A stretch of 64,000 bases of DNA from an uncultured Thiotrichaceae bacterium. Lineage in GTDB: Bacteria; Pseudomonadota; Gammaproteobacteria; SZUA-229. The stretch covers positions 25,551 to 89,550 of the forward strand of contig CAYTUK010000002.1 of NCBI GenBank assembly GCA_964441285.1, given 5' to 3'. Below, one piece after another: positions 40,476-50,364 of the stretch. The position numbers and the translations under genes were made by a program. The notes under the pieces are model-generated. The model was not told the origin of the DNA, ran no database searches, and saw only the letters and a list, made by a program, of their open reading frames with translations. Every line of letters begins with the position of its first letter. The first letter of the stretch is position 1.

Positions 40476-41360
40476 TCAATGCCGCCCTCTGGATTTATCC
40501 CGCCAATATTTCGCCTTCCCCAAATCTTTTTCAAGACCAGGGAAACCACTAGAGTAAAGCGCTGACAACGCTTTCATTGCCAGCAGATTGCCATTATTTG
40601 CCGCCTGCTTCAACCAGTACAAGGCTTTTTCCGGATTGGGTTTAAGCTTATCGCTAAAAGCACCACTTTTGTAACGCAGCCCCAGCTCATATTGCGCTTC
40701 AGGGTCGCCTGCACTCGCTTTTTCATTAAGCGCATCAAAAGATTGCTGCTGCACGACTGTTGTATCTTTGTACAGCGTATCAATCAGACCAAGCAGATTA
40801 ATCGCTTCAGTATGACCGTTCGCCGCAGCACGACTCAACCAGTCTCTGGCCTGCCCATGATTCTGGGCGACGACATAGCCTTCATGGTACATTTTCCCAA
40901 TCAGATATTGGGCATGATGATTGCCAGACTGCGCCGATTGCGTCAGCCAGTTAATGGCCTTTTTAGCATTATGCGCAACCCCAACACCTTCCAGATAGGC
41001 TTTGCCTAAATGGTACTGGGCTTTAGCGTTACCGCCCTGTGCTGACATTTGCCACCAGCGCGCAGCCTGTTTTGCACTCTGTTTTACGCCTTTACCACTG
41101 GCGTAACAATTACCCAGAATAAGTTGCGCATAATGGTTGCCCCCACGAGCCGATAGCTTCAACCAGCCAACCGCTTTTGGATAATCAGGCCGGAGCCCAT
41201 AACGCCCTTCAAGCAAAGCCAGGCCGTACAACATCTGCGCGCCAGAATCACCGTCCTGTGACGCATGCCTGATTATGTTCAGCTCATATTGATCCGGTGG
41301 CGCAGCAGCACATACGCTAACAACGGCACACAATATACCCGCAATTAAATACCTAATCAT
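40476..41360 (-). CDS. Sel1-repeat (TPR-like) periplasmic protein
   Basis: Signal peptide. About 7 repeats of the Sel1 pattern (GDxxAQxxLGxxYxxGxGV). Confidence 0.7.
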   Translation of the reverse strand: MIRYLIAGILCAVVSVCAAAPPDQYELNIIRHASQDGDSGAQMLYGLALLEGRYGLRPDYPKAVGWLKLSARGGNHYAQLILGNCYASGKGVKQSAKQAARWWQMSAQGGNAKAQYHLGKAYLEGVGVAHNAKKAINWLTQSAQSGNHHAQYLIGKMYHEGYVVAQNHGQARDWLSRAAANGHTEAINLLGLIDTLYKDTTVVQQQSFDALNEKASAGDPEAQYELGLRYKSGAFSDKLKPNPEKALYWLKQAANNGNLLAMKALSALYSSGFPGLEKDLGKAKYWRDKSRGRH

Positions 41361-41708
41361 TCTGCCTCAACTCCCCATTCGGCAAGCACAAAAAAATAAA
41401 ATAGGGCACCTGTGCAGCACCTGTCCGTATTAAAATCTAATCGTCATTAAAATTGTATCATTGTACTCTAATTGGCACTATTTCGCCTCCTATTAGATAA
41501 CAACACCATGATAACATTGAACTTTCATGCTTTACAGACGGTATACAGATACACCACTCAACAACCTGATTATGTCTGGAAGGCCCCGACAAGCCTATCA
41601 TTTATACGATTTTTCAGCCGTTTTTTAACCCTATTGTATGGCAAATACAATGATTTTAGCTAGAATACGTGCACACCAACTGGGAGAAAGAAACTGAGCA
41701 CCAAATTA

Positions 41709-43250
41709 TTGCGTTCCAGCCTGACCGTCGGCGGTATGACGCTACTTTCAAGGATTTTCGGGTTATTTCGTGACATCACCCTGGCGACGATTTTTGGCGC
41801 AACTGGCGGTACGGATGCTTTTCTGGTCGCGTTTAAAATACCCAATTTCATGCGACGTCTGTTTGCCGAGGGTGCCTTTTCCCAGGCCTTTGTGCCGGTT
41901 TTTTCCGAGTATCGCGAACATCACGATGCGGCGGCTCTAAAAGACCTGATTAACCACGTTGCTGGCACACTCGGCGGCTTTCTAATACTGCTAACCATCG
42001 CCGGCACCGTTTTTGCACCCGTGCTGGTGCATGTCTTCGCACCAGGCTTTATTGATAACCCCCAGCAACTACATTTAACGACTGATTTACTGCGCGTCAC
42101 TTTCCCCTATATCTTCTTCATTGCACTGGTTGCATTTGCCGGCGGCATACTCAATAGTTTTCACCAATTTGCAGTCTCGGCATTTACACCTATTTTACTC
42201 AACCTTTGCCTGATTACTGCTGCCTATGTCTTTGCGCCTTATTTTAAGCAACCACTAATGGCATTAGCATGGGGCGTTGCCGCTGCGGGCCTGGCGCAAT
42301 TACTGGTGCAATTCCCTGCACTAATTAAACTTGGTTTACTGCCCATTCCACGTTTAGGTCGCAGCCACAAAGGTGTGCGCAAAATCATGAAATTGATGTT
42401 GCCGGCCATTTTCGGCTCATCGGTCGCACAGATAAACCTGCTCCTGGATACGCTTATTGCTTCCTTTCTACTCACTGGCAGCATCACCTGGCTGTATTAT
42501 TCGGACCGGCTACTGGAATTTCCTTTGGGCGTACTGGGAATTGCTGTCGCCACAGTCATCTTGCCCACACTTTCCCAACAGCACGCCAAAGCATCATCCG
42601 ATGAATTTAATCGCACTTTAAACTGGGCTATTCGGCTGGTATCACTGATTTCGATTCCCGCCTGCGTGGGTCTTTTTATACTTGCCACACCGGTATTAGC
42701 TACTCTGTTTGAATATGGAAAATTTACCGCGATCGATACCCATTTTTCCAGCCTGAGCCTGATGGCTTATATGGTGGGTTTACCCGCATTTATTTTAACT
42801 AAAATACTTGCCCCTGGATTTTATGCCCGACAAGATATCCGCACACCAGTTAAAATTGGCATTATCGCTATGGTCAGCAATATGGTAATGAATATTGTTT
42901 TTGTGGTGGCCCTGGTTTTATCTGGTTTCGAAGCCCCTCATGTCGGCCTGGCGCTGGCTACCAGCCTGTCGGCCTACATCAATGCCGGCCTTCTGTACCG
43001 CGGCCTGTGCCAGCGCAAAGTTTTTATTCCCGATGCCAGCTGGCTGCCCCATTTTGTCAAAGTCATTATCGCCAGCATTAGCATGGCACTCGTCCTGCTC
43101 TGGTTCCTACCGGCAACAGGTCAATGGAGCCAATGGGGGTTGCAACAACGCTTGCTGCACCTGATATTAATTATTCTACTTGCTGCTACGACTTATTTTG
43201 CCAGTTTATGGTTACAGGGTTTGCGCTTCAATCAACTAAAAAAACACTAA
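41709..43250 (+). CDS. murJ: lipid II flippase MurJ (MviN)
   Basis: N-terminal LSRIFGLFRDITLATIFGATGGTDAFLVAFKIPNFMRRLFAEGAFSQAFVP matches the MurJ signature. TTG start; exact start is uncertain. Confidence 0.85.
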   Translation: MRSSLTVGGMTLLSRIFGLFRDITLATIFGATGGTDAFLVAFKIPNFMRRLFAEGAFSQAFVPVFSEYREHHDAAALKDLINHVAGTLGGFLILLTIAGTVFAPVLVHVFAPGFIDNPQQLHLTTDLLRVTFPYIFFIALVAFAGGILNSFHQFAVSAFTPILLNLCLITAAYVFAPYFKQPLMALAWGVAAAGLAQLLVQFPALIKLGLLPIPRLGRSHKGVRKIMKLMLPAIFGSSVAQINLLLDTLIASFLLTGSITWLYYSDRLLEFPLGVLGIAVATVILPTLSQQHAKASSDEFNRTLNWAIRLVSLISIPACVGLFILATPVLATLFEYGKFTAIDTHFSSLSLMAYMVGLPAFILTKILAPGFYARQDIRTPVKIGIIAMVSNMVMNIVFVVALVLSGFEAPHVGLALATSLSAYINAGLLYRGLCQRKVFIPDASWLPHFVKVIIASISMALVLLWFLPATGQWSQWGLQQRLLHLILIILLAATTYFASLWLQGLRFNQLKKH

Positions 43251-43363
43251 GTTGTATTCTTTAATAGAGTCATAATCTGGTAGGATAGCTATTCTGGTGG
43301 TCGATCAGGCATTAATCTGCCGAATAACCAATACTCTAACAACTCACTTTTATTTATTTTCGT

Positions 43364-44320
43364 ATGCGCGTCATTCGAGGGCTCCACAATATAAAACCCG
43401 AACACCGGGGCAACGTACTGACCATTGGTAATTTTGATGGTCTGCATCTTGGTCATCAGGCTATGCTGGCATTAATGACAGAAAAAGCCAGAGCCATGCA
43501 AACTCAAAGCTGTTTAATGAGTTTTCATCCACTGCCACAGGAGTATTTTGCGGCCGTATCCAAAACGACTGACACCGTCCCGCCGCGCCTGCTTAATCAG
43601 CAGGAAAAAATACGTACATTATTTTCTTTTCCACCGCGGATAAAACCCGACAATCTGCTCCTCATCGCCTTCAATAAAATACTGGCATCAATGACCGCTG
43701 AACAGTTTATTGCACAGATACTGGTCGATAAACTGAACATACGTGCGCTGATTATTGGCGACGATTTTCGGTTTGGCTGTGACCGTAAGGGCAATAGTGC
43801 GTTACTGCATCAAAGTGGCCGCTTATTCGGCTTTGATGTCAATGCCCTTGATTCTCATTGCATCGACAATACGCGCGTTAGCAGCACGCTGATTCGTGAT
43901 GCCCTGCAAGCCAATCAACTGGTATTAGCCAATGAAATGCTAGGTCGACCCTATACAATTTGTGGCCATGTCTCACATGGCGATAAACGTGGTCGAACTA
44001 TTGGCTTTCCAACAGCGAATATTCACTTACGTCGCCATGAAACGCCGCTTCATGGCGTATATTCTGTTACCATGCACACGGAGAAACACGGTGACATAGC
44101 GGGCATCGCCAATCTGGGAAAGCGCCCCACCGTAAAAGGCACACGCGTACAGCTTGAAGTTCACCTGTTTGATTTTGACAATGACCTGTATGGGCAATAT
44201 GTTTGCGTTTCATTTGTGAATAAAATACGTGATGAGAAAAAAATGGACTCACTGGATGCGTTAAAACGGCAGATTCAAATTGACTGCAAACAGGCGCGCC
44301 TGACTTTTACCGGGAGTTAA
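43364..44320 (+). CDS. ribF: bifunctional riboflavin kinase / FMN adenylyltransferase
   Basis: 318 aa. N-terminal nucleotidyltransferase GNFDGLHLGH. C-terminal riboflavin kinase domain. Confidence 0.9.
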   Translation: MRVIRGLHNIKPEHRGNVLTIGNFDGLHLGHQAMLALMTEKARAMQTQSCLMSFHPLPQEYFAAVSKTTDTVPPRLLNQQEKIRTLFSFPPRIKPDNLLLIAFNKILASMTAEQFIAQILVDKLNIRALIIGDDFRFGCDRKGNSALLHQSGRLFGFDVNALDSHCIDNTRVSSTLIRDALQANQLVLANEMLGRPYTICGHVSHGDKRGRTIGFPTANIHLRRHETPLHGVYSVTMHTEKHGDIAGIANLGKRPTVKGTRVQLEVHLFDFDNDLYGQYVCVSFVNKIRDEKKMDSLDALKRQIQIDCKQARLTFTGS

Positions 44321-44411
44321 CCGCAGCATAACGCTCAACCCGTTTTTTGAGCCATTAATTGCTAAAACCTCTTAATCTTTAGAACCCTATTATTAGAACC
44401 TTATTATAAGA

Positions 44412-47240
44412 ATGACCGATTACAAACCGACTTTAAATCTACCCCATACCGCTTTCCCCATGCGCGGCAACCTGGCCAATCGCGAACCGGAAACACTCAA
44501 ACAATGGCAGGCAAATAACCTGTACCAGAAAATTCGCCAACATTGTGATGGTCGACCCACCTACGTGCTGCATGACGGCCCGCCGTATGCCAATGGCAGT
44601 ATTCATATCGGTCATGCCGTCAATAAAATTCTCAAAGACATTATTATTAAAAGCCGCACTATTGATGGTTATGATGCCCGTTACGTGCCTGGCTGGGACT
44701 GTCATGGCCTGCCCATTGAACTCATGGTCGAAAAAAAGACCGGCAAGGCCGGGCAGAAAGTGGATGCAAAGACTTTTCGCCAGCATTGCCGTGAATACGC
44801 CGCCAAACAGGTGGATGGACAGCGCAAGGATTTCATTCGTCTGGGCATACAGGGTGACTGGGATAAACCCTACCTCACTATGGACTACAAATTTGAAGCC
44901 CATATTGTACGTACACTGGGCAAAATTATTGAACAGGGCCATCTGCATCAGGGCAGTAAACCGGTGCACTGGTGCCTGGACTGCGCCTCGGCACTGGCTG
45001 AAGCAGAAGTTGAATATCAGGACAGAGAGTCACCGGCGATTGACGTTATCTTCCGCGCCACCAACAACCGTGATTTTGAACAGGCTTTTGGTAGTAATAG
45101 GGGTGAAGGTCCCATTTGCGCCGTTATCTGGACTACCACGCCGTGGACCCTGCCCGCAAATCAGGCAGTGGCACTGCACCCCGATTTTAATTATGACCTC
45201 ATCCAGGTACAAACAGACAACGGCCCGCTACGGCTAATACTGGAACACTCACTAGCACCAGACGCGCTCCAGCGTTATGGGCTTGAGTACAGTGAACCCC
45301 TTGCCAGCACGCCAGGGCATACGCTGGAAAATCTAACCTTACACCATCCATTTTATGACCGACAGGTCCCCCTTATTCTGGGCGACCACGTTACCACTGA
45401 AACCGGTACCGGTGCAGTGCACACCGCCCCTGGTCATGGTCAGGATGACTATATTGTGGGCCTGCATTATGACCTTGACGTTTACAACCCGGTTGGCGGC
45501 AATGGCGTATTCCTGGCTGACACCGAATTATTCGCTGGCCTGCACGTTAACAAAGCCAACCCGGCAATCATTGAAGTTTTAAAAGAAAACCACGTTCTAC
45601 TCAACCACAGCAAGATCAAACACAGTTATCCGTGTTGCTGGCGACATAAAACGCCGATTATTTTCCGCGCCACCCCGCAGTGGTTTATCAGCATGGAACA
45701 GGCGGGGCTGCGCGAAGCGGCAAATAAAGCCATTAAAACCACCACCTGGCTACCGGAATGGGGGCAGGCGCGCATTGAAAGCATGGTAAACAATCGCCCA
45801 GACTGGTGCATTTCACGGCAACGCACCTGGGGTGTACCAATCACCCTGTTCACCCATAAAGAAACGGGAGAACTGCATCCCGACACCCTCCATATTATTG
45901 AACAGGTTGCACAAAAAATCGAAGCCGAAGGCATTGAAGCCTGGTTTGCAGCCGAGGCGACTGACATTATTGGTACCGATGCTGAACACTACGACAAAGT
46001 AACCGATACACTGGATGTCTGGTTTGATTCGGGCGTTACCCATGCCTGTGTACTGGGGCAACGAGACAAACTCACCTTTCCTGCCGATTTATACCTGGAA
46101 GGTTCCGATCAGCACCGCGGCTGGTTCCAGTCATCACTGCTTACCTGTGTCGCAATTAATGGTGTAGCACCGTATAAAACGGTGCTTACACATGGCTTTA
46201 CCGTTGATGCCCACGGCAAAAAGATGTCGAAATCACTCGGCAATGTAGTCGCGCCGCAGAAAATTGTCGGCACCCTGGGCGCGGACATTCTTCGTCTCTG
46301 GGTCGCCAGTAGCGACTACAGTAATGAGATGACAGTGTCCGATGAAATCCTCAAGCGCAGCGCTGATTCATATCGACGCATACGCAATACTGCGCGTTTC
46401 CTGCTCGCCAACCTCAACGGATTTGATCCAGCCAACGATAAAATTGCAGCCCAGGACATGCTTTCACTCGACTGCTGGGCGGTCGCAAAAGCACTGGATT
46501 TACAAAATGAAATTATCCACGCTTATGCGGACTTCAATTTCCATTTGATCTGCCAGAAGTTGCAACATTTTTGCACTGTGGACATGGGGGGGTTCTATCT
46601 CGATATAATTAAAGATCGCCAGTACACCACGCAGAAAAACAGCCTGGCACGACGCTCGGCACAAACCGCTCTGTTCCATATCGTCGAAGCCTTATGCCGC
46701 TGGATTGCACCAATTCTTACTTTTACCGCCGATGAACTCTGGCAGGCAATTCCGGGGCAACGTACCGAATCGGTGCTACTGGAAAACTGGTATGGCGCAT
46801 TAACCGAACTTGATAGCAACGAACCATGCAATATGGCTTTCTGGCTAACCTTGCAGGAAATTCGTGCGGTGATCAGTAAGGAGCTGGAAGCCCTCCGCGC
46901 CAATAAAATTATCGGCTCATCACTGGACGCTGAAATCACTTTATATTGCGACGATAATATGCAAACCACACTCAATCAGTTAGGCGATGAACTGCGGTTT
47001 GTATTCATCACCTCAGCCGCCAATGTGCAACCAATGGCTGAAGCCACTGAAAACAGTATCGAAGTAACCACAGCAACTGGCACAATATTAAAAATATCAG
47101 CGCACGCATCAACATATAAAAAATGCGTTCGTTGCTGGCATCATCATGCCAATGTCGGGAGTAATGCAGAACACCCTGAGCTTTGTGGGCGCTGCATTGA
47201 GAACGTTGCTGGTGATGGCGAACAACGCTTATATGCTTAA
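44412..47240 (+). CDS. ileS: isoleucyl-tRNA synthetase
   Basis: 942 aa. HIGH motif. KMSKS motif. C-terminal zinc-binding Cys cluster. Confidence 0.95.
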   Translation: MTDYKPTLNLPHTAFPMRGNLANREPETLKQWQANNLYQKIRQHCDGRPTYVLHDGPPYANGSIHIGHAVNKILKDIIIKSRTIDGYDARYVPGWDCHGLPIELMVEKKTGKAGQKVDAKTFRQHCREYAAKQVDGQRKDFIRLGIQGDWDKPYLTMDYKFEAHIVRTLGKIIEQGHLHQGSKPVHWCLDCASALAEAEVEYQDRESPAIDVIFRATNNRDFEQAFGSNRGEGPICAVIWTTTPWTLPANQAVALHPDFNYDLIQVQTDNGPLRLILEHSLAPDALQRYGLEYSEPLASTPGHTLENLTLHHPFYDRQVPLILGDHVTTETGTGAVHTAPGHGQDDYIVGLHYDLDVYNPVGGNGVFLADTELFAGLHVNKANPAIIEVLKENHVLLNHSKIKHSYPCCWRHKTPIIFRATPQWFISMEQAGLREAANKAIKTTTWLPEWGQARIESMVNNRPDWCISRQRTWGVPITLFTHKETGELHPDTLHIIEQVAQKIEAEGIEAWFAAEATDIIGTDAEHYDKVTDTLDVWFDSGVTHACVLGQRDKLTFPADLYLEGSDQHRGWFQSSLLTCVAINGVAPYKTVLTHGFTVDAHGKKMSKSLGNVVAPQKIVGTLGADILRLWVASSDYSNEMTVSDEILKRSADSYRRIRNTARFLLANLNGFDPANDKIAAQDMLSLDCWAVAKALDLQNEIIHAYADFNFHLICQKLQHFCTVDMGGFYLDIIKDRQYTTQKNSLARRSAQTALFHIVEALCRWIAPILTFTADELWQAIPGQRTESVLLENWYGALTELDSNEPCNMAFWLTLQEIRAVISKELEALRANKIIGSSLDAEITLYCDDNMQTTLNQLGDELRFVFITSAANVQPMAEATENSIEVTTATGTILKISAHASTYKKCVRCWHHHANVGSNAEHPELCGRCIENVAGDGEQRLYA

Positions 47241-47278
47241 CAGTACTCTGCTAATGCTGATTCGAGTTTAGTGAAAAA

Positions 47279-47791
47279 ATGAAATGGTTATGGCTTTCAG
47301 CACTGGCAATAGTGCTGGATCAGATCACAAAAAAAGTCGCCGCAACGCAGCTACTATTGCATCAGCCTTTAGCTATCATGCCGAGCTTTAATCTAACCCT
47401 GCTCTATAACAAAGGTGCCGCTTTCAGCTTTTTGAGTGATGCAGGTGGCTGGCAGCGCTGGTTTTTCATCACCCTTTCCACACTCATTAGTGCCGGCCTG
47501 TTTATCTGGCTAAAAAAAATCAGTGCAAATACCGGCACTGATATTCATCAGCCAGATAAACACAATGCACTATTACAGGCCGCTATTTCTCTGGTACTCG
47601 GTGGCGCAATCGGCAATTTAATCGACCGTATTTTATATGGTCAGGTGACCGATTTTATTCAGGTGTACTATTCAAACCACTATTTTCCGGCATTTAATCT
47701 TGCCGACTCTGCAATAACATTAGGTGCAGGGTTACTAATTCTGGATATGCTATTAGAAGGCAAACGTGATAAAAACGACTCTCCAGCATAA
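47279..47791 (+). CDS. lspA: lipoprotein signal peptidase II
   Basis: 170 aa with four TM segments. Conserved NKGAAFSF and catalytic Asp regions. Confidence 0.9.
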   Translation: MKWLWLSALAIVLDQITKKVAATQLLLHQPLAIMPSFNLTLLYNKGAAFSFLSDAGGWQRWFFITLSTLISAGLFIWLKKISANTGTDIHQPDKHNALLQAAISLVLGGAIGNLIDRILYGQVTDFIQVYYSNHYFPAFNLADSAITLGAGLLILDMLLEGKRDKNDSPA

Positions 47792-47858
47792 TGTTTAGCG
47801 CGCCTGAATATTGTTTTATCATTAACTGTCGTGGCTTACGCCAAACCTGCACAACCTT

Positions 47859-48332
47859 ATGAAACAAATTATGGCAGATAAAATAAACATGCATAGCCTG
47901 GTATTAATGCACTACAGCATTACGCTACCAGACGGTAATATAATAGAAAGCAGCTTTGATGAAGATCCTATTGAAATTATTATGGGCCATGATGATTTAA
48001 CTGAAGGCATGGAGCTGGCTATTTTTGGTTTAGAAGAGGGTGACAAACAAACCCTCACACTCACGCCTGAACAGGGCTTCGGTTGTAGCGATGATGATAA
48101 TATAAATGAAATGCCGACAAGTGATTTTCCGGCAGACTTGACACCCGAACCCGGCCTTGCCTTTTCTTTCGAAACCCCGGAAGGCGCAGAAATACCTGGT
48201 ATCGTTCTCAGCGTAAAAGGCGACAAAGTTGAAGTTGATTTTAATCATCCACTGGCAGGACAGGCGCTAATTTTTAGCGTAGAAATTCTTGGGGTAAATA
48301 ATGCGCGAACAGAAATAGTTAATCCATCATGA
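47859..48332 (+). CDS. fkpB: FKBP-type peptidyl-prolyl cis-trans isomerase (FkpB/SlpA-like)
   Basis: FKBP domain with IF insert. Located between lspA and ispH as in E. coli and Pseudomonas. Confidence 0.8.
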   Translation: MKQIMADKINMHSLVLMHYSITLPDGNIIESSFDEDPIEIIMGHDDLTEGMELAIFGLEEGDKQTLTLTPEQGFGCSDDDNINEMPTSDFPADLTPEPGLAFSFETPEGAEIPGIVLSVKGDKVEVDFNHPLAGQALIFSVEILGVNNARTEIVNPS

Positions 48333-49279
48333 ATATTTATCTGGCTAACCCACGCGGATTTTGCGCTGGCGTTGACCGTGCCATAGAAATTGTTGAACGC
48401 GCACTGGCTATTTTTTCTGCACCGATTTATGTCCGTCATGAGGTGGTACATAATCGTTATGTGGTCAATAACCTGAGTAAGAAAGGGGCGATTTTTGTTG
48501 AGGAACTGGAAGAAATTCCCGATGGTGCCACGGTTATTTTCAGCGCTCACGGGGTATCACAAAAAGTACAACAGGAAGCCAAACAGAGAAATCTGTCTAT
48601 TTTTGATGCCACCTGCCCGTTAGTCACCAAAGTGCATCTTGAGGTCGCCCGACACGCGAAAAATGGGGAGGATGTCATCCTGATTGGACATGCTGGTCAT
48701 CCAGAAGTTGAGGGTACACTGGGACAATATAAACCCAGCCCGACCAGCAGCATCTACCTGGTCGAAACCCTCAACGATGTGAGCGCACTGACAGTGAAAA
48801 ACCCTCAGGCCCTGGCCTACGTCACCCAGACCACCTTATCCGTTGATGATAGCAAAAATATTATTACTGCTTTGCACGCCAAATTCCCCGCTATACAGGG
48901 TCCCAGAAAAGATGATATCTGCTATGCCACACAGAATCGACAGGATGCCGTTAGAGAGCTTGCGGATAAAGTGGATGTTTTTCTGGTGATCGGCTCAGCC
49001 AACAGCTCTAACTCGAATCGCCTGCGTGAATTAGCTGAAAAACAACAGCATAATCACTTACCGCAGGTAAAAGCTTATTTAATTGACAGTGTTGAAGACA
49101 TTAATACAGCCTGGTTTGATAACGCCCACTCTATTGGCCTGACGGCGGGAGCCTCTGCACCTGAAATCCTGGTTCAGGATGTCATTAAAACACTGGAATG
49201 TTTATTTAAAACCAGCATTATTACCAATACAAGAGCAACTGAAAACGTCCATTTTCAATTGCCCAGAGCGTTACGATAG
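48329..49279 (+). CDS. ispH: 4-hydroxy-3-methylbut-2-enyl diphosphate reductase
   Basis: [24 protein letters not shown]-terminus with three conserved Cys ligands. 316 aa. Confidence 0.9.
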   Translation: MNIYLANPRGFCAGVDRAIEIVERALAIFSAPIYVRHEVVHNRYVVNNLSKKGAIFVEELEEIPDGATVIFSAHGVSQKVQQEAKQRNLSIFDATCPLVTKVHLEVARHAKNGEDVILIGHAGHPEVEGTLGQYKPSPTSSIYLVETLNDVSALTVKNPQALAYVTQTTLSVDDSKNIITALHAKFPAIQGPRKDDICYATQNRQDAVRELADKVDVFLVIGSANSSNSNRLRELAEKQQHNHLPQVKAYLIDSVEDINTAWFDNAHSIGLTAGASAPEILVQDVIKTLECLFKTSIITNTRATENVHFQLPRALR

Positions 49280-49634
49280 GCAGGCTTCCAGACGGCCGTC
49301 TATTGCCAGCAATCTGCTACTGGTATTTGTACCCGTTGAACCTTTGACTGAGCTGATTTCTGGTTCCCATGCTCCGCGTGGGAACCCATACCTTACTTGC
49401 CAGTTTAGCCACACAGTCCACCTGTTCACAGTCTATTGTTAGACCATAAAGTACGGTATCTGCCTCTGGCTGTCGTATGCATTCCCACGCAGAGCAAACG
49501 AGAAATTCATTCTAACTCCCCACACACGGAACCGGGGCTTTAGCCCCGGCAATGTAAATCGGCAATGTTAAGCAACCAAAGTTAAGCGAGGCTAAAGCCT
49601 CACCTCCAGATACGTTGCCAGTTAAATCTGCCTG

Positions 49635-50036
49635 TTACCAGCAATTTGTCGCGGGCATGTGTTGACCCGTCTGGTTCAAAGTGAGCGTCCCGCAGGAATC
49701 CGTCGCCTGCGCGCCCACAGGAACAGCACTAAGCGTATAGGACGATGCTGAGGGTGTTATCACTGATAAGTTATAATAAGTTGTACCTGTTTTAGGTGAA
49801 ACGGTAAATGGCAGGGCAACAGCGGTGCCATCCACTTTCCTGTCGTAACGATTATTCTCGGTAAAAAAGCGCTCCATAAAGCTGGATAACTCCATCAGGT
49901 TTGCCTGTGCATCTGCTCGACGGCTTTTTTGCACACTCGATAGATAGCTGGGATAACCGACAGCTGCGAGGATCCCTATAATGGCGATTACGATCATCAA
50001 CTCGATAAGTGTAAAGCCTTTATTTTTAATCATCAT
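49635..50036 (-). CDS. pilE: type IV minor pilin PilE-like (class III prepilin signal)
   Basis: MIKNKG|FTLIELMIVIAIIGILAA prepilin leader with Gly-1 and Glu+5. C-terminal Cys pair. Located in the fimU-pilVWXY1Y2E cluster. Confidence 0.75.
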   Translation of the reverse strand: MMIKNKGFTLIELMIVIAIIGILAAVGYPSYLSSVQKSRRADAQANLMELSSFMERFFTENNRYDRKVDGTAVALPFTVSPKTGTTYYNLSVITPSASSYTLSAVPVGAQATDSCGTLTLNQTGQHMPATNCW

Positions 50037-50349
50037 CTTCCACCCACATTCGCGTAACACGCCCGGCCTTTTCACCCTGCGCCCTTTCAACATTGTAATG
50101 AACATGCAAGCCGTGGCGTAAGTCCTCCAGCTTCATCGAGCCGATACCCCTGAGCACGTATTTTTTATTACTGATACGAATCCATCGGCCTTGCGGGTCA
50201 ACAACATCTACTGTTCCAGTCTTGCCAAACTCCGTAGTTAATGCTGGTGCATGGTTACTCAGCCCCAGTGGTGATGCCAGTGTTACTGCTAAAACTGACT
50301 GTGAACCGGTCAAAATAATTAGAAATAAAAACAGTTTCATATAATTCAT
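50026..50349 (-). CDS. small secreted protein at the pilY2 position
   Basis: 107 aa with signal peptide, between pilY1 and pilE. Called by position only. Confidence 0.35.
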   Translation of the reverse strand: MNYMKLFLFLIILTGSQSVLAVTLASPLGLSNHAPALTTEFGKTGTVDVVDPQGRWIRISNKKYVLRGIGSMKLEDLRHGLHVHYNVERAQGEKAGRVTRMWVEDDD

Positions 50350-50364
50350 GGTATGCCCCTCTCA

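Noticed and set aside
41472-41663. 63-aa ORF in the Sel1/murJ divergent spacer
   Set aside because: No RBS, and the region is low-complexity and AT-rich. It is more likely promoter DNA for the two divergent genes.
44328-44347. Hairpin GCTCAA-N8-TTGAGC between ribF and ileS as a terminator or attenuator
   Set aside because: The stem is only 6 bp, with a weak T-tract. ribF and ileS are normally co-transcribed. At most it is a partial terminator.
44439-45237. Long ORFs antisense to or out of frame within ileS (176 aa minus, 230 aa plus)
   Set aside because: Both lie inside the ileS coding region, whose HIGH and KMSKS motifs are in frame. They are typical shadow ORFs of a GC-skewed gene.
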